From a virus: a stretch of DNA of 64,000 nucleotides. The stretch spans positions 1 through 64,000 of the IMG/VR virus record IMGVR_UViG_3300029258_003546; one strand, 5' to 3'. The notes beneath the pieces were generated by a model. It searched no databases and was not told where the DNA came from. It worked only from the letters and a program-made list of their open reading frames with translations. Each line of letters opens with the position of its first letter. Positions within the stretch are counted from its first letter, which is position 1. The position numbers and the translations under genes were made by a program. This document shows positions 16,839-25,910 of this stretch, piece after piece.

Positions 16839-16877
16839 GAGCAAGGCGGTCGTAGAAGCGTGGCGGCCGCCTTGTTC
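16839..16877 (+). terminator. GC hairpin after the DUF6948-like gene
   Basis: gagcaaggcggtcg/cggccgccttgttc followed by attt. Confidence 0.45.
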
Positions 16878-17381
16878 ATTTCTACCGGGCCTGGTAAGTG
16901 CCCTTGTAACCAGGCTTGTTCACAGTCAAAAGGGAGTGGAGGAGTGAGCGATGGAAATCGTGCTCACGCCGGGATCCCGTTCGTCGTACGGGCCTTTCTG
17001 GTTCGACCTGCGCTCGAACGGCCGCCTGAAGACCAATGCGGCTGTACTAGAGCGCAACGACGAGGGTGGCAGGGTGCATGTGGTGTTCAAGCCACGCGCA
17101 CCAAGACGCCGTGTGCGGGGAAACTCTCATGTTGAGCAGGAACCCGTGGTTCAATAGGAGAGGAGTGGTGCTCGACGATGGCGGGCGGTACACCGCCTGC
17201 TGCGAGCACTGCTCCAAGCAGCTGGTCGGCAAGCATTTCGGCAAGACGACCTTGGAGGCGTTTTGCCAGTTTGCTGCCCGAGTAGGCTGGAAGCTGTCGC
17301 GTATAGCGGCTGCTAGCGGGCCGCCGTACGAAAAGGCGGTCTGCCCAGCGTGTTCTAGAGGCCCAAGACGAGGAGAGAAGC

Positions 17382-17816
17382 ATGAGATGGGTACGAGCAG
17401 TCGAAAAGATCGTGCTGGTGGTGGCTATTATAGCCATCGTGTGTACAGTCGTTTCGTACGCCGGTGATGTGTGCAGGTTGATAGGCCGTAAGGCCTGTCC
17501 CGGCGTAGTAGCCAACACGAGAGCGTTGCGCTACTATACAATGGAAGCCGCCAGGCTCGACCAGGCAGCCGAAAGCGGCACGGCTGTACACATGTCGTCG
17601 CTGGGTCGGTTGACGTACGCTATCGGCTCTGCGCGTTTCGAGCGGCAGCTGGTGAGCTGTGAGGGAGGCTGGACTGGCAGGGATTATCCTGCGGTCAGGC
17701 TGACCTATAGCACGTCTGGGGGTGGACGACTATCCAAGATCTACAAGGCTGACGTTGGCAGGGATTGGATGGTCAGCCTAGAAACAGACGAGGATGCCGA
17801 GCTCGCTAGTCAGTAG
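17382..17816 (+). CDS. Membrane-anchored hypothetical protein
   Basis: N-terminal TM helix; AGGAG RBS. Confidence 0.6.
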   Translation: MRWVRAVEKIVLVVAIIAIVCTVVSYAGDVCRLIGRKACPGVVANTRALRYYTMEAARLDQAAESGTAVHMSSLGRLTYAIGSARFERQLVSCEGGWTGRDYPAVRLTYSTSGGGRLSKIYKADVGRDWMVSLETDEDAELASQ

Positions 17817-17827
17817 CGACTCATCAG

Positions 17828-17861
17828 GTGCCGGCGTCCTGCGTATTCAGGACGCCGGCAC
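17828..17861. terminator. Perfect 14-bp hairpin
   Basis: gtgccggcgtcctg-cgtatt-caggacgccggcac. Confidence 0.55.
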
Positions 17862-18167
17862 TATATTATGGAGATTGATTTGATTATACCCGGTGAAATG
17901 TGGCATAGTAGCCTGTCTGGTTGTACATGCAGCCACGGCTGTGTCACTAGATCCAATACTCTATGTTCATCGTTTTATCCTGACTTGTCAGCAAGTACTC
18001 ATTTGTCGACAAGTCGCTGCCATATGATTGCTTACACCAACTCAGTAGTAGGTGCAGGATTTTATCCGCTCTCGCATAAACAAGCAAGGTCGTACGTATC
18101 ACTGGCAGAGGAAGATTCTGTTTCAGGTTCACACGCATCATCCTGGTCAAGATGAAGGAGGTAGATA

Positions 18168-19730
18168 ATGGCGGAACGCGGCGACATGCTGCCGTATTTC
18201 AATGCCGGAGCGCCGGCGTTGGCTGTGCAAACGATGGAAGAGGCGCCCCTTATTATGTGGCTGTTAGCCAATACGAACTATGAAACGTATTGGCGTAAGT
18301 CTGCGATGCCTGGCATTGAAATTCTGGCGGAACGCGCAGGAACAGCCAGCAGGAAATCCAAGCTAGGCCAGCACAAGATGCTGGATGCTAAGGCGGACGT
18401 GGTTACCACTCTGCAGAAGCTTCGAGGCCAGCGGCGGACTGCGCTTATCCTTGAAGATTTTGCTGATATGGCAACGATGGCGTTGCCGCGACGTGCATTG
18501 ATGGACGGACTGTACGAGTACTCGTCCACGGGAAGCGTTGTTATTATGGTGGCCCCGCGCTGGAGGCTGCCTGCCGAGTTGCAGCATCTTATTCCCGTAA
18601 TAGACTGGTTACTACCAAAGCGGGATGAAATGGAAGGGATTCTTGACAAGGTAGAGATGTATCTATCTGCTGCCAAGGATAAGAAAGCCAAGACCAAAAC
18701 AAGCTTCAGTGTTCCTGAAGAGCGAAGACCTAATATCATCGACAGCATGATGGGTCTCGGCACTATGGAAGCTGAAAACAGTTTGTGCATGGCTGCGCGT
18801 ATGACTGATCTTCAGACTATACACCCAGAGGATGTATTCAAGCTGAAAGCCAAAAGGCTGAAAGAGCAGGGCTTGTTGGATTATCAACCTCCAGTTTCGG
18901 TGAATAATATGGGCGGTTTGGGTAATCTTAAGGAGTACTTCAAAACAGAGGTTATTCCGCGTAAGCGCCACGCTAAATTGCGAGTACGCGGTCTTCTCTT
19001 GGTGGGTGTTCCTGGTACAGGTAAGTCTCTAGCTGCCAAGGTGGCAGGTTCCATATTGGAACGTCCTGTTTTTCATATGCAGATCGGCAGGCTGAAAGGT
19101 TCGTACGTGGGCCAGTCAGAGGCCAATATGGCTCGGGCGCTAGAAGTCGCTAACGCCATGCCGTGTGTGTTGTGGATGGATGAGATAGAGAAAGCTCTAG
19201 GAGGTGTTGCGTCCTCCAACATGACGGATGGCGGTACGCTGGACGCTATGTTCGGCATGTTGCTGACTTGGTTATCGGATCATAACGAGAACGCAATGGT
19301 TGTGGCAACATGCAATAACTTCTCCAAGCTGGAAATCGAGCTAACGCGTAAGGGCCGATTCGACGAGATATTCTTCGTCGACCTGCCCACGCTTATCGAG
19401 CGTGAGGAAATAGCAGCTGTGCACCTGGCCAGACTAGACTGTCCTGTCGAGCTGGCGCAGCAGATATCTGAGCTGACAGAAACGTTTACCGGTGCAGAGA
19501 TAGAGCATCTAGTAAAATCCCTGGCTACGGCCCAGCTACGCGGCGAGGAAGTAAAGCCTGGGACTAAGAAGACGGACAAGCTCCTCTTGGGGCTGAAAGA
19601 CGCGTGCAGGCCTTTGGCCGAAACGCGCGCGGAAGAGATTGGTCAGCTTCGTGCGTGGGCTAGTCGCACAGCGCAACCAGCCAATACGCCCGAAGCTCAC
19701 GTACAGTTGGAAAGGGAGTTGCTGGAATGA
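18168..19730 (+). CDS. AAA+ ATPase (Ycf46-like)
   Basis: Walker A GVPGTGKS, Walker B WMDEIEK, SRH RKGRFDEIFFVDLP, GAEIE, C-terminal LRAWA. Confidence 0.92.
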   Translation: MAERGDMLPYFNAGAPALAVQTMEEAPLIMWLLANTNYETYWRKSAMPGIEILAERAGTASRKSKLGQHKMLDAKADVVTTLQKLRGQRRTALILEDFADMATMALPRRALMDGLYEYSSTGSVVIMVAPRWRLPAELQHLIPVIDWLLPKRDEMEGILDKVEMYLSAAKDKKAKTKTSFSVPEERRPNIIDSMMGLGTMEAENSLCMAARMTDLQTIHPEDVFKLKAKRLKEQGLLDYQPPVSVNNMGGLGNLKEYFKTEVIPRKRHAKLRVRGLLLVGVPGTGKSLAAKVAGSILERPVFHMQIGRLKGSYVGQSEANMARALEVANAMPCVLWMDEIEKALGGVASSNMTDGGTLDAMFGMLLTWLSDHNENAMVVATCNNFSKLEIELTRKGRFDEIFFVDLPTLIEREEIAAVHLARLDCPVELAQQISELTETFTGAEIEHLVKSLATAQLRGEEVKPGTKKTDKLLLGLKDACRPLAETRAEEIGQLRAWASRTAQPANTPEAHVQLERELLE

Positions 19731-20245
19731 GCCAGACGACCAAGGTGAAAGTCAATTTCAGGGACCTTGACATGCTGAAGGTTGCCGCAGAAGAACTGGA
19801 CGGCGAGTGTGTTGTCAGAGGCGATCAAGCGGCAGTGAGACTGCCTGGCTGGCATATGGATGCTGTATTGGGAATCAAGGACGGCGTCCTGACAGGAGAT
19901 ATGCTCTATGATCGTGATGCCAGCTATTCGGGCATCACGCAGACGCATATGGACAAGCTGGCGATTGAATACGCAATGGCAGCGGCTAACGCCGAGGCGG
20001 TTGCGCATGGATGGCATTTCAACCGCCAAGGCGAAAAGGCCACGATCTCCACGCCGAAGGGGCGTATGGAGATCACGGCGGACGCAAAGGGGAGTATACA
20101 GGTGGACGGACAGGGCTATTCCGGCACCGCCTGCGCCGGTGAAATAGGCGAGATCGTGGGACAGGTGGGTACTCAGGAGCAAACGCAGTACAAGCAAGAG
20201 TATCATCAGTCCCATACTCGTGTGCGGCAGAGAGAGCAGGGCTAG
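19727..20245 (+). CDS. DUF1257/DUF2997-like protein (Ycf46 operon partner)
   Basis: N-terminal MS.TT.V...F.D...L..A; C-terminal 'G.I.VDGQGY.G.AC' and 'K.EY'; coupled to the AAA gene. Confidence 0.6.
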   Translation: MSQTTKVKVNFRDLDMLKVAAEELDGECVVRGDQAAVRLPGWHMDAVLGIKDGVLTGDMLYDRDASYSGITQTHMDKLAIEYAMAAANAEAVAHGWHFNRQGEKATISTPKGRMEITADAKGSIQVDGQGYSGTACAGEIGEIVGQVGTQEQTQYKQEYHQSHTRVRQREQG

Positions 20246-20250
20246 CATTC

Positions 20251-20264
20251 TGCTAGTCCTAGCA
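20251..20264. promoter_or_regulatory. TGCTAGGACTAGCA palindrome copy (reverse orientation)
   Basis: tgctagtcctagca. Confidence 0.5.
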
Positions 20265-20268
20265 TTTT

Positions 20269-20307
20269 GGGGCGGGTTGGTTGATGCCAGCCCGCCCCGT
20301 TTCTTTT
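20269..20307 (+). terminator. Rho-independent terminator
   Basis: ggggcgggttgg/ccagcccgcccc plus gtttctttt. Confidence 0.7.
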
Positions 20308-20560
20308 GAAGGAGGAGTGACAATGCCTCATAGGCGATGCGCGACCTGCAACGTGCTGTGCAACGTGCTGTGCAACGGTAAGTGCGCAGTGATGGCCGTG
20401 CCGTGCTTCCCGCGCAAAGCGCGCAAAGGAAGCAAGGACATCAGAGTCATGCCTACGGCGCTGTCGGTAGGCATGGGCTTTATCGGAGGAATTCACGAGT
20501 CTCCTGAGTTCATCACTCAGGACTCGCTGGAGTCCTTTCAACAGTAGTTGCCAGCGAAAC

Positions 20561-20593
20561 GGCAGGCCTGCCACATTGGCAGGTCTGCCATTT
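20561..20593 (+). terminator. Hairpin/terminator
   Basis: ggcaggcctgcca/tggcaggtctgcc plus attt. Confidence 0.5.
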
Positions 20594-20609
20594 GCACAGG
20601 AGGAGCAAC

Positions 20610-21269
20610 ATGACGACCACGTACCGTGTGTATGTGCCCGAGGCGAAAGAGCTGTTTCCAACGTGGATAGACGAACAAGGCGGCATTTTGGTATGGAACA
20701 ATTGCGACATGTCGGACCCTGGGCGTGAGAACGCTTTTACGCCGGCGCTGGACGAGGACGGAAACGACAATGCAGCAAATCCTCCACGGTGGAATTACAA
20801 GTTGGGAGAGCGTGTTGACAGCCTGGCGCGTTTTCAGATATGCACGCGCAAGCTTATAGTAGCGATATTGGATGTAGAGTTGTTGCGTCAGGGCTCGTCC
20901 AGACCTAGACTGGTATTGTCGAAAGAATCAGAATGTCGCATATACTCGGCTCGCAACATCGTTGCCGAGATCTATGGAACGGATGAAGTAAAGTGGTCGT
21001 CTGGTGATATCATATATCCTGCAGTTACATTATACGTTTTCGAATTCGAGGACAAGCCTTTGCGTGCCGTGTGGACGTCAGGGTCTGTCAAACGTATCAC
21101 AGATTACGCACTCGATGAATGTTGTGAGGCGGAATCGCTGGTACTAGAAAAAGACGGCAGATTCGTAATACAGCTGTTCGATCTAAAACCTGAGCAGCTT
21201 GGCGACATCACTGCTACGTTGAAGGAACGGCTGCTAGGGTGCGATTTCACAATGGAGAGCATGGAATGA
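20610..21269 (+). CDS. Hypothetical protein
   Basis: AGGAGG RBS. Confidence 0.65.
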   Translation: MTTTYRVYVPEAKELFPTWIDEQGGILVWNNCDMSDPGRENAFTPALDEDGNDNAANPPRWNYKLGERVDSLARFQICTRKLIVAILDVELLRQGSSRPRLVLSKESECRIYSARNIVAEIYGTDEVKWSSGDIIYPAVTLYVFEFEDKPLRAVWTSGSVKRITDYALDECCEAESLVLEKDGRFVIQLFDLKPEQLGDITATLKERLLGCDFTMESME

Positions 21270-21583
21270 GAAATGAGTACACGATTGAGTCTATGCAGGA
21301 GCGTCTGGCGGATGGTCCAACGGAAGCCGACATGTTGAGGCAGGCTTACGCTGCGCAGGATGCGTGTAATTTATCAGGAGTAGTGCATACATTTTCGTCG
21401 CTTGTGACGCAGCTGTGGAAAATAGCTAGAGCACGAGGTAAAGGCACAGACTGGGTAAACCGCCATCCCGTATGCATTATTTTAGCTGACAAGCTGAGAG
21501 ATTTGTCTCGCAGCACGTCGGATCGAGTGTTCTCTGTATTTGAGCAGGCGAGAATCTTGAAAGAGCGGAAATGCAGTACCTGA
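21266..21583 (+). CDS. Hypothetical protein (QDACNLSGVV..F...NRHP motif)
   Basis: ATGA-coupled ORF. Confidence 0.6.
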   Translation: MRNEYTIESMQERLADGPTEADMLRQAYAAQDACNLSGVVHTFSSLVTQLWKIARARGKGTDWVNRHPVCIILADKLRDLSRSTSDRVFSVFEQARILKERKCST

Positions 21584-22047
21584 ATCTGTCGTTGGATACG
21601 GTTGTTGGATCAAGTACTTGCGGACGTGCGTACTCTACGTCGACAATGTACCGCTCAGGTGTAGATTTCCGGGGCTTACTACCGTTGCCGGCTTCTAATT
21701 CGTACAGCTTACATCTCAGATCAGTCGTGTACATGGGTGCCAGTCGATATGGAAATGTGGTAATTCATAGACATACTTTTGGTTCCAAAACCGATCATGC
21801 TAGACGTAGCAAGTGAAAGACGAGGAGTATGAAAATATGGATAATCACGCTATTGAGTTCAAGGTTGGTAGCGGTGATTGGGAATTTTGGGCGTGGTTCG
21901 ACGGCGCGCGTCGCGAAGCTTGCGTAGCCGCTGCCCGACTGCACGAATCGTTACGTGTGGATGAAGGTCATACCCGCGTATCGGTACGCGTAAACGGTCG
22001 AAGACTGACATGCACAACAATCAATGATTGTCTGAAAGGAGATGCAC

Positions 22048-22770
22048 ATGAAGGACATGAAGGATCCCGCAGCTGAATTCGGTACCTTGCTAAAGCAGTG
22101 TGTGACGCCGGACGGTCTAGGATCTATAGTGCTGGCTGTAGATACTACGAGCGTGAAGCCTGACAGGCAGATATTAAAGGTGTCTGCTCTGTGGCTTGCC
22201 AGGCACTCGGCCACAGAGGCTAGATTTACAGTTGACGAGTTGCCGGAAGCTGTAACTACGTATACAGGAATTGCAAAGGAGCATTTGCCTGAACAGTCAG
22301 AAACTGACGAGGCCAAGAGCATTGTATATCAGCTGGTTACTGCGGAAAGAATCATAGGCCATGCGCTTGTTTTTACGCTTCAATCACTGGCAAGTATAGA
22401 AGGTGTCTGCGACGATTTTCCGGCATTCATGGAAGGCATCAAAGCCCTCACGGATAAAAAGGCTGCGATAGCAGATCTGACACACGGATTTCCCAAGCTA
22501 GTTGATATCGGCATGCTGGCTAAGCTTGCTACATGCACAGATGATCGGTTCAAAGCGTACGGAGACGCGCTTGATAGCTGGACTACGGTGCAGGCTCTTA
22601 ATCGGAAAAGTGGCGGAGGCGCCAAGTGGAACTTCGAGATCTGCTGCGAGATGGCTGGTCTGGCTACTCCTGTACGCCCGTACGACTGCTCGACAAAGGT
22701 GAAACTGATTTCTGACATCATAGCGCGCACAGGTTTGGGCAAGCCCAGCCTCAATCTTGTAGGAAGATAA
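22048..22770 (+). CDS. Degenerate DEDD 3'-5' exonuclease-like protein
   Basis: 'VLAVDTTS..PD.QIL' resembles ExoI, plus 'TYTGI' and 'IIGH..F'; catalytic acidic residues not conserved. Confidence 0.45.
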   Translation: MKDMKDPAAEFGTLLKQCVTPDGLGSIVLAVDTTSVKPDRQILKVSALWLARHSATEARFTVDELPEAVTTYTGIAKEHLPEQSETDEAKSIVYQLVTAERIIGHALVFTLQSLASIEGVCDDFPAFMEGIKALTDKKAAIADLTHGFPKLVDIGMLAKLATCTDDRFKAYGDALDSWTTVQALNRKSGGGAKWNFEICCEMAGLATPVRPYDCSTKVKLISDIIARTGLGKPSLNLVGR

Positions 22771-22771
22771 A

Positions 22772-24236
22772 ATGCAGATGCTGCCTTCTATTTCGGTGCT
22801 AAGCGTTTGCAGGCGCGTTATCCCTATGTACTACGTGTCAACGTGTCAAGTTGGCGACACGAACGTTCGTGTCGTAGGCTCTAGATGCAGTAGACGCATT
22901 AGCGGCAGTCACGGCGTAGTTATGACTGGTAACTATAACAAGCGGGTTAGATCCTGTGCAGGCTGGCTGGGTCGGCACTGGTACAACAGTGAAAGAGTAG
23001 AGCGCAGGTATCTAGTAAGTGCTGGGTCCACACAACGCCGAGGTCGATGATATGAATTCGGTTATGAAAAGGGCAGGTTTGGAAGTAGTTGTTATATCTA
23101 AAAATTCTGCATACGACAGTGTGTCGTTGAGCCAGGCAGGTAGGTACATGCTGCGTACCGGATATTCAGTGTCGTCGTACCTTATCGACGCTAGTCCTGA
23201 GTCCAGACTAATAAACGACTGCCAGTCGATTGATACCAAACAGACGCGCCGTCCTCGTATATGGCGTAATTATAGTGGACTAGGCCGTTGCACAACCAGA
23301 AGCCTGGACGGGCGTACGGTGTCTGTATATTTCTCGCGCGCGCGGAGTTGGATAGCGACAAGGATTCGGATGCATTGAATGCGGCGATTGGTAGAACAGG
23401 TCTAGAGGCGTCTGTAGGAGCTAAGAAGATTATACATGCAGCCAAGTCGTTATGTTGTTGTGGAAAGTTCAAGACGCCTTGTGCTACCTCAGCTTCGGCT
23501 TATATAGGTCGACGAGAGACTCTGTTCAGCGCATACAGAAGGTTAATAGCTGTTCATTCAGTAGATGACAATTACCGCTGTCGTCCGGCGCTGAGATACC
23601 GGAAACGTCAGGACTGTAGTGTATGTAGAGGCGCTATGCGTTTAGGCTTAGGTATTACGCGCTTTTCATTGATACAACACTAGTAATTGGGCACATCAGA
23701 GTGCGATGCTGAAGGAGAATGCAGATGCTGGCAGCTGCGCTACGAGGAGGAATGGAAGCAGCGTATGTGACCTGGATGTCGGAATATAAAACAAAATCGA
23801 GTTCTATAGGGAGTAACCTATACGTTGTGTCGTCTAGCTGCAAGTCTCGTCACAATCATCTAGTCATTTCGTGCACGAAACGTAGTAATAACAGAGTGTA
23901 TTCGACCGTTCGCACTGATTGGGAACGACCTAAGCCGGGTTGTGCCTGGACAGCGTCGGTAGCTAACTGGAGACGTTTTTCTCAGACGAGGTACTACGCA
24001 TGATAGCGACGCTGGTAGCTTTTCGCTGTGAGCCTGCTACCGGGCCGCAGTGTGTCTGCAGAAACGGGACGAGAACCATAGCATGCAGCTGGGCTTGTAC
24101 TGGGGAGCAAAAAGCGTTAGCGATTTCTTATAGAGGATCTATTACTGGTCGATTTGCTGATTATAAAGCGCCTACAGTTTCCAAATGCGCTAGACGGCGT
24201 AGTTCAAACAGCCGCATTAACGTGTCTTCACGCTAG
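22772..24236 (+). other. Cluster of five Ser/Arg/Cys-rich small ORFs
   Basis: 22772-23050, 23052-23378, 23375-23683, 23719-24003, 24000-24236; leaders such as MNSVMKRAGLE, (L)NAAIGRTGLE, MLAAALRGGME. Confidence 0.5.
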
Positions 24237-24870
24237 CGATGAAAGCGTCCAGCTGCTGCTGTTCGTCTTTAAGGGACAGCTTGGATAGTTGATCTGCCAG
24301 CCTGTGCATTCCTGCTGTTACTATGCCGTCTATGTCTTTTGACGTTTCAATTGACTTTTCACGTACGGCAACAGCTACTTCTGGAAAGTTAGCTGATATC
24401 TGATATCCACTCACATCTACTAGTTCAGGGTCAGCAAAGTTGAGTGTTTCAGGCGCGTCGTCAGCGCCGGACAGAGACAGGACAAGACCTGTATATCGTT
24501 GGATCTCGTCGCTGAAGCCGTTTTCTGGCGGCCCGTCATTGAGCGCTACTTCTGTTACAGCCCAAGCGCATTCGTAGGGTGTAGCCGGATTGAACACGTT
24601 GAAGTCAACCGGGGTCGTTGCACTCAATGCGTTGCAGATATGAATATACGTATTGAGTGAGGTGTAGAACAGATCAGTACGGATAGCCGAGATCAGTGCC
24701 TGCAACTTTGAAAGACCAGGTTCCTCTAGTGGCACGCCGTACATGTGGGCAGCCTGCAGCTGGAATGTTTCCGGCTCCCACTCAAAGATCTCGGTTCCGT
24801 ACTGGTCTAAGAACAGAAACAGCAGCGTTGTAGCGTACGTTTGCGGGTCTTCGATTAGTTGTCTGCTCAT
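24217..24870 (-). CDS. Hypothetical protein (possibly virion-associated)
   Basis: 217-aa acidic ORF coupled to the upstream minus-strand gene. Confidence 0.7.
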   Translation of the reverse strand: MSRQLIEDPQTYATTLLFLFLDQYGTEIFEWEPETFQLQAAHMYGVPLEEPGLSKLQALISAIRTDLFYTSLNTYIHICNALSATTPVDFNVFNPATPYECAWAVTEVALNDGPPENGFSDEIQRYTGLVLSLSGADDAPETLNFADPELVDVSGYQISANFPEVAVAVREKSIETSKDIDGIVTAGMHRLADQLSKLSLKDEQQQLDAFIASVKTR

Positions 24871-25898
24871 GCTATAGCGGTAACGTTTGAGTCGCGGAGC
24901 AGCATAGTCACAAAGTTGGAAACGTCGACTGGTGCGTCCTTCATGTGGTCAAAGGCCGCCTTCTTATCGACATGGGTGGCTAGTGTGTTTGCTATAGCCG
25001 GAACCTGCTTCCATAGGTTTGCAGGCACATTAACCAGATCGGCTATGTCGTATGTCTGGCCATTGCTAAAGGTAACGAATCTGTCCTGTGCTGACTTAGC
25101 TATGCTGTACGTTAGAGAATGCAGCTCGTCTTCAGGGAGCTTCTGCAGATAGCAGTCGTACTTGGAACAGACAGCATCTGCTATTTTCACTAGCCTGGAC
25201 ATAAGCTTGGCAGAGGGCTTGATATTCTCCAGCGCCTGTGCCAGCTTTTGAAGGCTGGTTCGCTCGTCATCACTGAGAACCGGCACCGTTGATAGCCTGG
25301 TTAAATAGCTGGCGGCCTTGTGCACATCGGAAATACCATAGCCCGCCGAGCGCTCCAGACACAGCTGCTCGTGCTCCTGCAAGCGCACGCTGGCAGCGTC
25401 AGCTTTCTTGAGAATAGCGGTCGCGGCTGCACGTCTGTACTGCAGCGGCAAGCGCTCTCGACTCGCTGCGAATTCGGCTGCGGCGGTCTTGATCTGATCG
25501 TCGCTTACCAGCGGCCACACCCGCAGTTTTCGATCTGCGCCCTGTGTAAGGATCAAGGCAAAATCGTCGTCATCTGGATCCGGCACTGTCTCATCCAGAG
25601 CTGCTTTTACGTCCTCACTACTGAAGCTCCAGTAATCAGCCCACTTAGTCAGATTAGATTCTGCAACTTGTTGTTCAGCTGGAGCCAGGCTGTCTTTCTG
25701 TCTATAATAGTAGACATGGCTAATCCAGCAGGCTGCTTTAGTATGGCACGGGAACAGGCCAACGCCCGGCAATGCGCAATAACGAGTGGGCTGTCTGATC
25801 TCATCAGTGCTGGACGCTTTGACAAAATCCGGCATCTTTATGCCAGAATTGATCAAAAGGCGCAGATTGTCATCTGTAAAGTCTACTACTCTGTCCAT
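24867..25898 (-). CDS. Hypothetical protein (possibly virion-associated)
   Basis: 343-aa ORF, GGAGG RBS; repeated FAL/CAL...(F/W)P..T/S...A motif. Confidence 0.7.
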   Translation of the reverse strand: MDRVVDFTDDNLRLLINSGIKMPDFVKASSTDEIRQPTRYCALPGVGLFPCHTKAACWISHVYYYRQKDSLAPAEQQVAESNLTKWADYWSFSSEDVKAALDETVPDPDDDDFALILTQGADRKLRVWPLVSDDQIKTAAAEFAASRERLPLQYRRAAATAILKKADAASVRLQEHEQLCLERSAGYGISDVHKAASYLTRLSTVPVLSDDERTSLQKLAQALENIKPSAKLMSRLVKIADAVCSKYDCYLQKLPEDELHSLTYSIAKSAQDRFVTFSNGQTYDIADLVNVPANLWKQVPAIANTLATHVDKKAAFDHMKDAPVDVSNFVTMLLRDSNVTAIA

Positions 25899-25910
25899 TG
25901 AGGGACCTCC

